Shown one piece after another: positions 17,330 through 27,901 of a stretch of DNA of 31,531 nt (position 1 is the stretch's first letter; the number at the start of each line of letters is the position of its first letter). Both the position numbers and the translations under genes were made by a program. A model generated the notes under the pieces. That model was not told where the DNA came from. It made no database searches and was given only the letters and a program-made list of their open reading frames with translations. The stretch comes from a virus (taxonomy: Duplodnaviria > Caudoviricetes), in the IMG/VR virus record IMGVR_UViG_3300037722_000118, positions 1 through 31,531 of that record; one strand, 5' to 3'.

Positions 17330-20016
17330 TGGCGCGCACGACGGTCGCTCTACACACCTTTAACCGAGGAATTATTTCCCGTCTCGGCTTGGCACGCACC
17401 GACCTGGACCGCACGCGCATGTCAGCTGAAGTGCAAACCAACTGGGTTCCCCGAACCCTTGGCAGCATGATGCTCCGTCCGGGGCTCCAATATATCGGGC
17501 AGGCGCATACTCGGGCACGTCCGGTGCCTTTCGTGTTCTCCTCCACCGACACGGCTCTGATAGAGGTGACGGACGAACATATCCATGTGTGGGTGGACGA
17601 TGCTCTGATCGAGCGCGCCGGCTCTACTTCCGTCATTACCGGAGGGACATTTACCAGCACGGGGCTTACCGGATGGACGGACGCCGACGAGTCCGGGTCT
17701 ACATCCGAATGGGTGTCCGGCAACTACATGGGGTTGACTGGTACAAGGTTCAGCCGCGCGATTCGCCGGCAGGAAATCACGGCAGCAGCTCAAAGTCATG
17801 GGCTGGCGGTGACGGTGGAACGTGGACGTCCTGTAATCAAAGTGGGGTCGTCCTCAGCCGGTGACGATTACCTGGAGGAAACGACTCTCCGACCTGGCAA
17901 CTACTCGTTCAAGATCACGTCCACTGGAAACTTCTGGGTCGAGTTCGCCGCGAACGCGGAATACACCAGTCTTGTTGATACCGTGGCGATCGAATCGTCC
18001 GGCGACATGACGCTTGATGCCCCGTGGGGCTTGGCGAACCTTGATGATCTGCGCTGGAAGCAATCTGGCGATGTGATCTTCCTCTCTGCTTATGGGGTTC
18101 AGCAGAGACGCATCGAAAGACATGCTGCGGAGTCCTGGGCGGTCGTGGTGTACGACCCGGAAGACGGGCCGTTCCGCAATATCAACATCACGAACAAACA
18201 ACTCACACCCTCTGGAAAGACCGGGAATATCACGCTCTCGTGCGATCAACCACTGTTCAAGTCCGGTCACGTAGGGGCGCTGTTCGAGGTGACGTCCGTA
18301 GGACAGGAGGTGGATGTCACCGTAACTGGTGCCGATCAATGGTCAGATCCGATCCGGGTTTCCGGTGTTGAGGACGGACGAAAATTCCAGATCGAGGTCA
18401 CGACGCACGCCTCTACATTGGACACCATTCGAGTACAACGCAGTGTCGGAGAAGTGGGGAATTGGTCCAACGTATCGGGCCTTGCGTTTACTTCGACCAT
18501 CAATTCCACGCATGACGACGCGCAGGACAATCAGATTATCTTCTACCGGTTAGGGTCCGGGACGACCGACATCGGCTCCACGCTAGCATCGATGATCGGC
18601 AGCCTCAGCTATGCGGCGGGTGGGATCACCGGAAGGGCGCGGATCGTCAGTGTCGTATCTGCCACGGAATCGAGTGCCATTGTTCTAACTGCGTTCGGCT
18701 CCACCACACCCTCTGAACTTTGGTCGGAAGGAGACTGGTCGGACGAAAGAGGTTGGCCTTCGTCCGTCACGCTTCATGAAGGACGCATCGGTTGGGCCGG
18801 GAAGGCAAAACTATGGCTTTCCGTATCTGATGCCTTCGAGAGTTTCGACCAGGATACTGAAGGAGACTCCGGGCCGATCAACAGGTCAGTGGGTCAGGGG
18901 CCGGTCGATGTTATCGAATGGCTTGTAAGCCTTACAAGGTTGATTCTCGGTTCACAGGGTTCGGAGGTTCAGGCTAAAACATCTTCTCTCGAAGAGCCGC
19001 TTACACCGACAAACTTCTCGCTTCGGGACATCTCCACACAAGGCTCGGCAGGGGTTCAAGCGGTTCAGGTGGACCGTCGGGCTTATTACGTCCAAGCCGG
19101 CGGTGTGCGGGTGATGGAAATCAACGTGCCCACAGGTTCGTTGGATTTCGAGTCCCTGGACCGGACCATCGTCGTCCCGGAAATGGGCGAGCCTGGCATC
19201 GTCAAGATGGCTGTGCAAAGACAACCCGATACGCGTCTTCACTGTGTTCGTTCAGATGGAACGGTGGCGCTACTTGTGACCGACCCGGCGGAGAATGTTC
19301 TGTGCTGGATCGATATCGAAACCGGAGATGCTGATGGAGTAAATGGCGTCATCGAGGATGTGGCGGTCCTTCCTGGGGATGTCGAGGATTCGGTCTACTA
19401 TCTGGTGAAACGCATCATCAACGGTGGTGCGAGGTGGTACTGGGAGAAATGGGCGCTGGAATCGGAGGCCCGAGGCGGACAGGCCAACAAGCAAGCCGAT
19501 TCGTTTCTCCTGCAGGAAAGCACGGCCACGACACTCGTTACCGGACTGGATCATCTGACGGGGGAAAGCGTCATCGCCTGGGGTGACGGAAAGGACTTGG
19601 GCAGCTACACGGTGTCCAGTACAGGGGAAATTACACTCTCCACAGCGTCAAGCAGCGTTGTCGTCGGACTGCCGTACACAGCCCTCTTCAAGAGCGCCAA
19701 GCTGGCTTATGCGGCGAGCGCTGGGACAGCGTTGACACAGAGAAAACGTATCGATCATGTGTCCGTGATTCTGGCCGACACGCACGCGCAAGGTTTGGAA
19801 TTCGGGCCGTCCACGTCAAATCTCGATCCTTTACCAAGGATAGAATCGGGCGCCGTGGTTTCGACGGATACGATCCACACCGACTACGATTACGATTCCA
19901 TTCCCTTCCCCGGTAATTGGCACACGGATAGCCGTCTGGTCCTTTACGCTTCCGCGCCTCGCCCCTGTACAGTACTTGGGGCCGTGATCACCATCGAAAC
20001 TAAAGACAAAATTTAG
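17329..20016 (+). CDS. Tail tubular protein B / nozzle (T7 gp12-like)
   Basis: ATG 17329 overlaps the upstream TAA; FNRG.IS..GLAR.D, QSGDVIF, GWPSSV..HEGR, GLDHL.GE.V, VGLPY, PRPCTVL. Confidence 0.88.
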   Translation: MARTTVALHTFNRGIISRLGLARTDLDRTRMSAEVQTNWVPRTLGSMMLRPGLQYIGQAHTRARPVPFVFSSTDTALIEVTDEHIHVWVDDALIERAGSTSVITGGTFTSTGLTGWTDADESGSTSEWVSGNYMGLTGTRFSRAIRRQEITAAAQSHGLAVTVERGRPVIKVGSSSAGDDYLEETTLRPGNYSFKITSTGNFWVEFAANAEYTSLVDTVAIESSGDMTLDAPWGLANLDDLRWKQSGDVIFLSAYGVQQRRIERHAAESWAVVVYDPEDGPFRNINITNKQLTPSGKTGNITLSCDQPLFKSGHVGALFEVTSVGQEVDVTVTGADQWSDPIRVSGVEDGRKFQIEVTTHASTLDTIRVQRSVGEVGNWSNVSGLAFTSTINSTHDDAQDNQIIFYRLGSGTTDIGSTLASMIGSLSYAAGGITGRARIVSVVSATESSAIVLTAFGSTTPSELWSEGDWSDERGWPSSVTLHEGRIGWAGKAKLWLSVSDAFESFDQDTEGDSGPINRSVGQGPVDVIEWLVSLTRLILGSQGSEVQAKTSSLEEPLTPTNFSLRDISTQGSAGVQAVQVDRRAYYVQAGGVRVMEINVPTGSLDFESLDRTIVVPEMGEPGIVKMAVQRQPDTRLHCVRSDGTVALLVTDPAENVLCWIDIETGDADGVNGVIEDVAVLPGDVEDSVYYLVKRIINGGARWYWEKWALESEARGGQANKQADSFLLQESTATTLVTGLDHLTGESVIAWGDGKDLGSYTVSSTGEITLSTASSSVVVGLPYTALFKSAKLAYAASAGTALTQRKRIDHVSVILADTHAQGLEFGPSTSNLDPLPRIESGAVVSTDTIHTDYDYDSIPFPGNWHTDSRLVLYASAPRPCTVLGAVITIETKDKI

Positions 20017-20023
20017 GTACGCC

Positions 20024-20686
20024 ATGTGGTTCATGATCGCAGCGGCTGTCCTTTCGATGGTGGCTGCTGCACAGCAGGCCAGTGCGCAGCGTGCTGCAGG
20101 TCAGGCTGCAAAACAAGCTGCGGAATACGAGGCGACCCTTGCCGGTCGTCGCGCCGACCAGATGGAAATCCGCTCCGGACAAGAGAGGGCCGAGACCGCT
20201 CGATTGGCCAACGAGCAACGTGCCGCTTCGCAAAGAGACGCGATCGATCAGAGACGGCAGGGCAATCTGGTTGCCTCGCGTGCGCGTGCTCTGGCTGCTG
20301 CCTCGGGTGGGGGGGTGAATGATCCTACGGTTACAGGCATTTTGGGAGATATCGACACCGAAGCCGAGTATCGCGCTTTGACGGCACGTTATCGAGGCGA
20401 GTCGGCTGCGACACGAACTGAGTTCGAGGGCGACCAGCTTACGCGCGCCCTGGATTACGGTGCCGTACTTGAACGGGCGGGGGCGGAAGGGACGCGCTAC
20501 GCAGGTGAGGTCGAGCGGCGTCTTGCCAATGCTAAAGCCGATCAGGCAATCGTGTCCGGTTTAAGCAATGCCGCATCGGCGGGCGCAACGTATTCGTTCT
20601 ATAGGGGTGGCGGGACGGGGACCATCGCCGGTGGGACATCGCCGCTCTATGCGAAGTACGCGGCGCCGTACCAGGATTATCGCTAA
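20024..20686 (+). CDS. Internal virion (ejection) protein, gp14-like
   Basis: Ala/Gln-rich helical protein with hydrophobic N-terminus and AAASGG motif; position after the nozzle gene. Confidence 0.7.
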   Translation: MWFMIAAAVLSMVAAAQQASAQRAAGQAAKQAAEYEATLAGRRADQMEIRSGQERAETARLANEQRAASQRDAIDQRRQGNLVASRARALAAASGGGVNDPTVTGILGDIDTEAEYRALTARYRGESAATRTEFEGDQLTRALDYGAVLERAGAEGTRYAGEVERRLANAKADQAIVSGLSNAASAGATYSFYRGGGTGTIAGGTSPLYAKYAAPYQDYR

Positions 20687-22318
20687 GTGGCAAAGCTCCC
20701 GGACGCTACAGCCTTCGGCCAACGCCCTGACATACAGCCCGGCGGGCGGCGCCAGACCATAGCCCTGCCCGGTGGGGAAGGACTGGCCGCGCCTATCCGT
20801 AGGGCTGCCAGTGCGCAGGCGGGCTATGCCGCGAAGGCCGGGGAGGGCTTGGAATCGCTGGCGGATGCCGCGTACAAGACTGCGATAGTCAACGAGCGTC
20901 TTCTAGCCGTCCGTCGTGGGGCGCAGGTCGACTCCGCGGTCACCCGTGCGGCGGCGGATATGAAGGTGTTCGTTCTCGATCTAAAGAACGATCCCGACGT
21001 CGAAACCTACGGAAAGCGATTCGAGGAGCGCTCCAAGAAGATATCCGAAGTTCACTCGAAGGGGCTGGATAAGCAGGGGTTGGCTGAATTCCAGGGCAAA
21101 TACGAATCCCTGCTGCTCGATCAAGCCTTGAAGGTTCGCGAGATCGGCAACACAAAGCTGATCGATCAGTCGGTCGCAGCATTGGATCAGAACCTTGAGG
21201 AAACGGCTCAACTCGCGTCGCGGTCCAATAGCAAGACGGAATACGACAAACTGGTTACCAATGGCGTGGTGTCCGTCGATAAGATGGTGCGCGCCGGCAT
21301 TATCTCCGCGGTTGACGGCGGGAAGCGCGTTCGTGCTTTCCAGGGACGACTCGATGAAGTCAAGGTCTTGCAGATGATCTCGGACAATCCGGGGCAAGCG
21401 ACTCAGATGCTCGCTAATCCTAAGATGTTCACACACCTCGACCCGCTGCGCCGTGAATCCCTGACGAACAGCGCGGTCTCACGCTCGCTGCAGCTGATGA
21501 ATCTCTCGAACGCAATCAACGACCGAAACGAGCGGCTGGCCGAGAAAAAGTTAAAACAGCAGAGCGATCTGGCCGCTAAGGACGGGTGGGACTTGTGGCG
21601 TCAAGGGGGGTTGACGGCCGACTGGCTCGACCAGAACAAGCCGCGCCTCGACCAGGGCGACTACGTTGCTCTAACCAAGGCGTTCACGGGCGAGGATGGT
21701 CGCGACAACCCCGCCGTGGTTGCTGATTTGACGGAACGTCTGACCACGCAGGATATCGTGCCGGATGCGGGCCGCGCCCTCGCCAATCGCGATATCACGG
21801 TCAATACCTATGAATCGCTGGTCGGCAAGAATCGATCCGCCCTCGCGGATGACCGGCCGGCGAGCCCGTACAAATCCGCCAGGACGCGCGTTCAGGTTTC
21901 GCTCGATCCCGGTCAGCTTCTGGTCGGCCCGGCTGCGTCCGCCGGGAAGGTGGCGCAACAGAATGCCATGGCCGAGTTCGATGCGTGGGCGGAGGCCAAT
22001 CCTCAGGCCGACAGAACCGCCTATCAGCAGGAAGCGGAGGCGGTGGTCAAGCGCTATCAGGTTATCGGCTTCGAACAGATGAGCCTGACGCAAGGACTGC
22101 CTCGGTTTTTCACCGGGACGCGAGACAGTCTCAGTGTCGGAGATATCGACGCGGCGGAACGTCAAGCCTTGGAAGCATTCGACAATGGTAAGTTCACGCG
22201 CGATCAGTTGACCGAGGAATTGCAGAAGATCAAAAACTGGCGCGGCATCTTGACGATGAAAGGCGGGAATACGTCGCCTAAGCCCACGGGTCGCCCTAAC
22301 GCCGCGAAACCCCAATGA
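20687..22318 (+). CDS. Internal virion (ejection) protein, gp15-like
   Basis: 543 aa, helical, MAKLP start; position in module. Confidence 0.65.
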   Translation: MAKLPDATAFGQRPDIQPGGRRQTIALPGGEGLAAPIRRAASAQAGYAAKAGEGLESLADAAYKTAIVNERLLAVRRGAQVDSAVTRAAADMKVFVLDLKNDPDVETYGKRFEERSKKISEVHSKGLDKQGLAEFQGKYESLLLDQALKVREIGNTKLIDQSVAALDQNLEETAQLASRSNSKTEYDKLVTNGVVSVDKMVRAGIISAVDGGKRVRAFQGRLDEVKVLQMISDNPGQATQMLANPKMFTHLDPLRRESLTNSAVSRSLQLMNLSNAINDRNERLAEKKLKQQSDLAAKDGWDLWRQGGLTADWLDQNKPRLDQGDYVALTKAFTGEDGRDNPAVVADLTERLTTQDIVPDAGRALANRDITVNTYESLVGKNRSALADDRPASPYKSARTRVQVSLDPGQLLVGPAASAGKVAQQNAMAEFDAWAEANPQADRTAYQQEAEAVVKRYQVIGFEQMSLTQGLPRFFTGTRDSLSVGDIDAAERQALEAFDNGKFTRDQLTEELQKIKNWRGILTMKGGNTSPKPTGRPNAAKPQ

Positions 22319-25300
22319 CTGATTTCGCAACCGGTCAGGACTACGGCGTTCACGTTCAGCAGGCCAGTGCCGATGCGCTGGTCGACGCGGCCCGGCAGCG
22401 CGTGGAAGCGCAGACGGCCGCGCCTCCTGACGACAATATCGCGGTCAAGCCCATTCCCGAATATCCGGGCGTGTTCGGCGTGTATCTCAAGGACTCGCTT
22501 GTCGGGTTTTCGCAGGATCTAGCCGATGCCGAATCAATCGCGGCACGATATCGCGGGGAGACGCCGAAGACCGTCGGGTCTGGCGGAACCGGGCAACCGG
22601 AATCGATGACCGCCGGATTGGGAGAGGCCAAGACCAAGACTGCCCCTCCAGGGCTGGAGGTTCCCGGTATTGTCGAAAGGATCGGACGCGATATCGGATC
22701 GGGGCTCGTGCAACTCCCGACCATGGTGGCAACCGGCGTCTTGAAGGGCTCGGCCGAGATGTTCCGGGCGGGGGACAGTCTTGCTACATGGCTTGAGCAG
22801 AACCTCGGCACGCTTGGAATAGGCGACGTAGGCCCTGAGGGTACACGCAATCCCGGCCAGCGGATCGCGGCGTGGCTGGAACAGTCCCAATCCGGCGGCC
22901 TTCCCAAACCTCGCTCTGTCACGTCCGGCGTAGTCCAAAGCATTGCGCAGTTTGCCGTGGGGGCGAAGGCTTTCGGCGGCGGAACGGCTGGAACGGTCGC
23001 GGCGGGAGGCGTGGCGTTCGACCCCTACGAAGGCAACCTAGCGAATCTGATCGAGCGTGTTCCCTCGCTCAAGAATCCCATTACCGATGCTCTTTCGGTA
23101 GGCCCGGAAGATAGCGAGGGGATGGCCAGGGCCAAGAATGCCATTGCGACGGAACTTACTGTTTTGGGAGTCAAGGGCGCGCAGAAACTTGCCGAAGGCG
23201 TGTGGCGGGGTGTGCAGTTCATCCGCGCCTCCCGGTCAGCCGGGCGCGAACCGACCAAGGCCATGTCGATGGTCGAGCAGCAGAAAGCACAGTACGGAAC
23301 TGTAGCGGATGAGCAGATCGCTCTGGGCGACCCGAAGGCACCGCTGGTATCGACAGAACCCACAGGATTCCGCACGGCACGTATTGCCAAGAAATTAGAG
23401 AAGGGTGCGACAGAAACCGGTGTGCCGACCGACATCGCGGCCAAAGGTTTGGTCAAGTCCGGCGAAGCGGGGGGGAAAGAAGTCTATGTCAACTTCGCCC
23501 GTATCAACACGCCCGAGGATGTGAAGAAAACTATTGGGCAGATGGCCGATGCGTTCGCCCCGGAAGTCAAGGAAGCGACACGAGGCGTGAGGACCAACGA
23601 AGCCACGAAGGCGGCGGCGGATAGTCTGGGGCTCAAGGTTGGCGACGTTCTGTCTCGTAGACAGGGGCAGTTGTTCAACGCCGAGGAAGCACTCGCCGCC
23701 CGGCAGTTGTGGGCGGCTTCCGCCGAGAAGCTAACGGAACTGGCGAAGAAAGCGGCCGATCCAAACGCGGGCGCGGTCGATCTCTACAACTTCCGCCGGA
23801 TGATGAGCGTCCACGCTGCTTTACAGGCTGAAGTTATCGGGGCCAGGACTGAAACCGCTCGTGCTCTTCAAAGCTGGGCCATTCCCGCTGGGGGTGGAAT
23901 AGAGAAAGCCCGAGCGATTCAAATGCTGCTCGACCAATCCGGCGGGCAGGAGATGAGCCGGGGGCTAGCGCAGCGTCTCGCCACTCTCGCGGATATGAAA
24001 GCTTCACCGGATGCCATCGCGGCATTTGCCAGAAAAGGCTGGGGGGCGACATCGTGGGACATCGTTCAAGAAAGTTTCGTCAACGGCCTCTTGTGGAATC
24101 CCGCGACCCACGCGGCAAATACAAGTTCGAATATCATCACGGCGTTTCAGCAGATTTACGAACGGGCCGTAGCTGGGAAAATCAGTAAGGCACTCCGTCG
24201 TGTGCCGGGGGAAGGCGTGGCGGGTGGCGAGGAGCTGGCCCAAACTTACGGCATGATGCAAAGCCTTCGGGATGCGCTCCGCGCGGCGTCGAAATCGCTT
24301 ACCACCGGAGAATCGGGAGCTATCCCAGGTAAGATTGATCTGCCGCATGAACCGGCGCTGACGGCGAGACGCATTGCCGTTGAGATTGGCAAGGACCCCG
24401 CTGCCGCTGAAGCGTTCCGCCAAACAGGACTTGGCAAGGCCGTGGATTATCTGGGCTTCGCAACCCGCGTGCCGGGGAGGTTGCTCGGCGCTGAAGATTC
24501 GTTCTTCAAGGCCGTCGGTTATCGCATGGAGGTCTACGCCCAATCGTTGAGGCAAGCCACCGCCGAAGGATTGAGCGGGCCTGCTTTGTATGAACGCATG
24601 GCCCAACTGGCGAACAACCCGAGCGAAGGAATACGCATCGCGGCGGTAGACGCTGCTTTATACCAGACGTTCACCAATGCCCCAGGGAAGTGGGCCGAAG
24701 CGGCGATGAAGGTCAGGCAGAACGTCCCGCCTTCCGTTCTGGCCATGCCGTTCGTCCGTACACCCGCTAATCTCTTCCGCTACAGTTTCGAGCGCAGCCC
24801 GCTTGCTCCTTTTGTCGCTCAATGGCGGGCGGATGTTGCGGCAGGAGGGGCGAGGGCGGATATCGCGCTTGCCCGTGCTGCTACAGGATCGGCCATTCTC
24901 GCGGTGTTCGCCGATACCGCTTATGACGGTGCCGCGACCGGAGCCGGCCCGTCTAATCAAGGGGAGCGCGAGGCTCTACAACGCCAGGGCTGGCAGCCGT
25001 ACAGCGTTTATATCGACGGCAAATGGTATCAGTACAATCGAGGGACTTCGATCGGTATGATGCTCAGTGCCGTCGCGACCATGGCGGAGCTGGTCAGGGC
25101 CTCGGATTTCTCGCCCGAGGATTACGACGAGCTGACGGAGATCATCGGGGGGGCCGGGTATGCCGTCACACAAAGCATTGTCGATCAGTCGTTCATGCAG
25201 GGCGCTGCCGATCTTGCTGCAGTGGCGAAAGACCCGAAGCAATTCGCGCCGTCGTACATCAACAACCTTTTGGGCGCCATGGTGCCTCTAGGTTCCGCGC

Positions 25301-25929
25301 AGAACACGATCAACCGCGCCATCGACCCGACAGCGAAAGAGGTCATGGGGCCGTGGTCGGCCATTCAACAGCGGTTGCTCGGGATGAAAGAGCGCCTCAC
25401 GCCACGACGGGATTTATGGGGTAAGGCGGTCGAGCCCCAGGCAGTTTATGGGCGCACGTTCGATCTTACTTCGCCCGCCAAGGTATCGGAACCGATCGAC
25501 AGCCCTATCGATGCCGAGATGACGCGATTGGGGGTGGGCGTTCTGCGGATCGCGAAGAAGACCAGCTTTGCCGGCGTAGCCATCAATTTCCGGGACTATC
25601 CCGAAGCCTACGACGAATATGTCAGGTTGGCGGGAAACGAACTTAAATCTCCCGGCCACAACAACATGGGGGCGAAGGACTTCCTTGACAGCGTCGTTTC
25701 TGGTAAAAGTGCCTATTCCGAGCTGTACCAAAAGCTCTATAGCGACGGACCCGAGGGTATGAAGGCCCAGTACATCAAGCAGACCATCCACCAATACCGA
25801 CAGATGGCGGCCCAGAAGATACTGGCGGACCCGAAATTCACGGTGCTCGCACAGTTGGTCAAACAAAAACAAGCCGAGGCACAGCAGCAGAAAATGCCGC
25901 CCGGTATGCAACTCCCGGCCATGCAATGA
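22315..25929 (+). CDS. Large internal virion (ejection) protein, gp16-like
   Basis: 1204 aa, Ala-rich helical; NGLL.NP.TH..N, L.AED.FFK, PFVRTP.N, GWQPYS, PRRDLWG; ATGA-coupled. Confidence 0.75.
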   Translation: MTDFATGQDYGVHVQQASADALVDAARQRVEAQTAAPPDDNIAVKPIPEYPGVFGVYLKDSLVGFSQDLADAESIAARYRGETPKTVGSGGTGQPESMTAGLGEAKTKTAPPGLEVPGIVERIGRDIGSGLVQLPTMVATGVLKGSAEMFRAGDSLATWLEQNLGTLGIGDVGPEGTRNPGQRIAAWLEQSQSGGLPKPRSVTSGVVQSIAQFAVGAKAFGGGTAGTVAAGGVAFDPYEGNLANLIERVPSLKNPITDALSVGPEDSEGMARAKNAIATELTVLGVKGAQKLAEGVWRGVQFIRASRSAGREPTKAMSMVEQQKAQYGTVADEQIALGDPKAPLVSTEPTGFRTARIAKKLEKGATETGVPTDIAAKGLVKSGEAGGKEVYVNFARINTPEDVKKTIGQMADAFAPEVKEATRGVRTNEATKAAADSLGLKVGDVLSRRQGQLFNAEEALAARQLWAASAEKLTELAKKAADPNAGAVDLYNFRRMMSVHAALQAEVIGARTETARALQSWAIPAGGGIEKARAIQMLLDQSGGQEMSRGLAQRLATLADMKASPDAIAAFARKGWGATSWDIVQESFVNGLLWNPATHAANTSSNIITAFQQIYERAVAGKISKALRRVPGEGVAGGEELAQTYGMMQSLRDALRAASKSLTTGESGAIPGKIDLPHEPALTARRIAVEIGKDPAAAEAFRQTGLGKAVDYLGFATRVPGRLLGAEDSFFKAVGYRMEVYAQSLRQATAEGLSGPALYERMAQLANNPSEGIRIAAVDAALYQTFTNAPGKWAEAAMKVRQNVPPSVLAMPFVRTPANLFRYSFERSPLAPFVAQWRADVAAGGARADIALARAATGSAILAVFADTAYDGAATGAGPSNQGEREALQRQGWQPYSVYIDGKWYQYNRGTSIGMMLSAVATMAELVRASDFSPEDYDELTEIIGGAGYAVTQSIVDQSFMQGAADLAAVAKDPKQFAPSYINNLLGAMVPLGSAQNTINRAIDPTAKEVMGPWSAIQQRLLGMKERLTPRRDLWGKAVEPQAVYGRTFDLTSPAKVSEPIDSPIDAEMTRLGVGVLRIAKKTSFAGVAINFRDYPEAYDEYVRLAGNELKSPGHNNMGAKDFLDSVVSGKSAYSELYQKLYSDGPEGMKAQYIKQTIHQYRQMAAQKILADPKFTVLAQLVKQKQAEAQQQKMPPGMQLPAMQ

Positions 25930-26414
25930 AAAGTATCTGGCTCGTTCTCGCGGGGCTCATCATCGTCCTGACCACGCATCGTGGGCATGCCGAGGGCTTG
26001 GACACGATTAGCCGCTACCAGTCCGGCTTTGCCAGGGTCATCGATGGCGACACCATCGTCATTCATGGCATCCATATCCGCATATGGGGGATCGATACCC
26101 CGCCGGCCTTCGCGTCCGACAGGGAACACGGGCCGGCGACGATCATGCTCGAACGCAAGGGCCTCGACAGGTCGAGTATCATTGCCGCCGGGATTCGCTC
26201 CAAGGACGCGCTCGAACGACTTACGGCCGGGCGGCAGTTGATATGCATCACGGTAGGGACCAGTTACAATCGCATGGTCTCAAAATGCTCCCTCGACGGG
26301 GACAGCAGTCTCGACCTGTCATGCGAGATGCTGAAAACTGGCTGGGCGGTCGAGTGGAAAGAGTACAGCCGGGGCGAATTGACGAAGTGTCTGCCTAAGG
26401 GCTTCCTCGACTAG
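25926..26414 (+). CDS. Thermonuclease (SNase) family protein with signal peptide
   Basis: RVIDGDTI, IRIWGIDTP, YNRMV..C, ML..GWA; hydrophobic N-terminus ending GHA. Confidence 0.85.
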   Translation: MKSIWLVLAGLIIVLTTHRGHAEGLDTISRYQSGFARVIDGDTIVIHGIHIRIWGIDTPPAFASDREHGPATIMLERKGLDRSSIIAAGIRSKDALERLTAGRQLICITVGTSYNRMVSKCSLDGDSSLDLSCEMLKTGWAVEWKEYSRGELTKCLPKGFLD

Positions 26415-26441
26415 CGCGTACCATCAACGATAACAGTTTCC

Positions 26442-26468
26442 AAGGGCAGTCTTCGGGCTGCCCTTTTT
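26442..26468 (+). terminator. Rho-independent terminator between nuclease and tail fibre genes
   Basis: AAGGGCAGTC-TTCG-GGCTGCCC followed by T5. Confidence 0.8.
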
Positions 26469-26483
26469 AATTGGAAAGAGCAT

Positions 26484-27890
26484 ATGGCCACGACTGACCG
26501 TCTCTCAGGCTTCAACATCGGCGCCGCCGTCAAGCCCGCCTGCGCCGTCACCACCACGGGTGTGAACATCACCCTGTTGGGCGCGCAGACCATCGACGGT
26601 ATCTCGGTCGGAAGCTGCGAGCGCGTTCTCGTGAAGGACCAAACGGACCCGACCGAGAACGGCATCTATATGGCCGACAATTCCACTTGGATTCGGGCGC
26701 GAGACTTCGACGGTGCCAAGGACGCCATCCCAGGCACGCTGGTTTACGTGGACCGAGGCACCCTAAACGCCACGTCTTTCTGGGCGTTCAACAGCAGCTC
26801 CACCGCGACAAAGATCACCATCGGCACGGACAACGTCGCGGTCTCGCGCGTGACTGTTGCACTATCGGGCGTTACGGCTTTCTCGAATTCTCTGCTGGCG
26901 CTCGCTTCAACGACGGCGTGGAAGTCCACGGATGGGCTTAACTTCGGTTCCGCCGCCGACGTGGATATTGGAAATAGTTCAACCAATCTCGGCCTGCTGA
27001 CCTCGACCGGGTTGGCCTGGGTCGGCATCCAGTCCTGGAACAAAGGCGGCGACCTTGCTTCGGCCAACAGCCTGACGCTGGGCAGCACGGGCAATTATTT
27101 CGACGTAACTGGTGGCACGACGATCAACACGATAGGTGCGGTGCGGATTGGAACACAGGTCGGCTTTCACTTCGATTCCACCCTTGTCCTGACGCACTCG
27201 ACGGCGCTTGTGCTGCCATCCTCGGCCAATATCGTTGTCACGGCCGGTGATGAGGCTGAGTTCGTCCAGTACACCACGGCGGCTGATTGGAGACTTCGGA
27301 GATATCTGCGCGCCAACGGTCTGCCTCTCGCTGTGCTGGACGAAGACAGCATGGTCTCGAATTCGTCTTCGCACGTTCCGACGCAACAGAGTGCCAAGGC
27401 ATATATTGATGGGCAGGTTGCGGGAGTAAGTATAACCCGTGGAACGGTGCAATCCAGCACGTCCAGCACATCGATAGATTTCACCGGCCTGCCCTCTGGA
27501 TTGAACCGGGTAACCATTATGTTTGATGGCGTGTCGGCGAATGGTACGGCTGGGTTTGTCGTGCAGATCGGCGATTCGGGGGGGCTTGAATCCACCGGAT
27601 ATGCATCTTGGGGAAATACGTTTTCGGGTAGTGGTATAGGAGCGGCATCAGAAGCAACCGGGTTTTTGATCAGAAGCCTGACCGCCGCGAATGCATTCTC
27701 GGGCACGATGATTTTGACTCGATTGAATGGCAACACCTGGACTTCGATGCATGTCGCCTACGGCTCAACGACGCTGGGACTTAGCGGTGGTGGCAGTAAA
27801 ACACTCTCTGAAGAGTTAGACCGTCTCTCGGTCACCGCAAAAGGTGATACTTTTGACGCTGGCCAGATCAACATTATGTACGAAGAGTAA
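26484..27890 (+). CDS. Tail fibre protein
   Basis: N-terminal ITLLGAQTIDG...RVLVKDQTDPTENGIY...W.RA.DFD module; S...VPTQQS.KAY.D repeat-type motif; C-terminal SIDFTGLP...FDAGQINIMYE head domain. Confidence 0.85.
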   Translation: MATTDRLSGFNIGAAVKPACAVTTTGVNITLLGAQTIDGISVGSCERVLVKDQTDPTENGIYMADNSTWIRARDFDGAKDAIPGTLVYVDRGTLNATSFWAFNSSSTATKITIGTDNVAVSRVTVALSGVTAFSNSLLALASTTAWKSTDGLNFGSAADVDIGNSSTNLGLLTSTGLAWVGIQSWNKGGDLASANSLTLGSTGNYFDVTGGTTINTIGAVRIGTQVGFHFDSTLVLTHSTALVLPSSANIVVTAGDEAEFVQYTTAADWRLRRYLRANGLPLAVLDEDSMVSNSSSHVPTQQSAKAYIDGQVAGVSITRGTVQSSTSSTSIDFTGLPSGLNRVTIMFDGVSANGTAGFVVQIGDSGGLESTGYASWGNTFSGSGIGAASEATGFLIRSLTAANAFSGTMILTRLNGNTWTSMHVAYGSTTLGLSGGGSKTLSEELDRLSVTAKGDTFDAGQINIMYEE

Positions 27891-27901
27891 AAAGGGCCAA
27901 G

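Noticed and set aside
22315-25929. Lytic transglycosylase domain in the gp16-like protein
   Set aside because: No ES...G..Q-type motif set recognised
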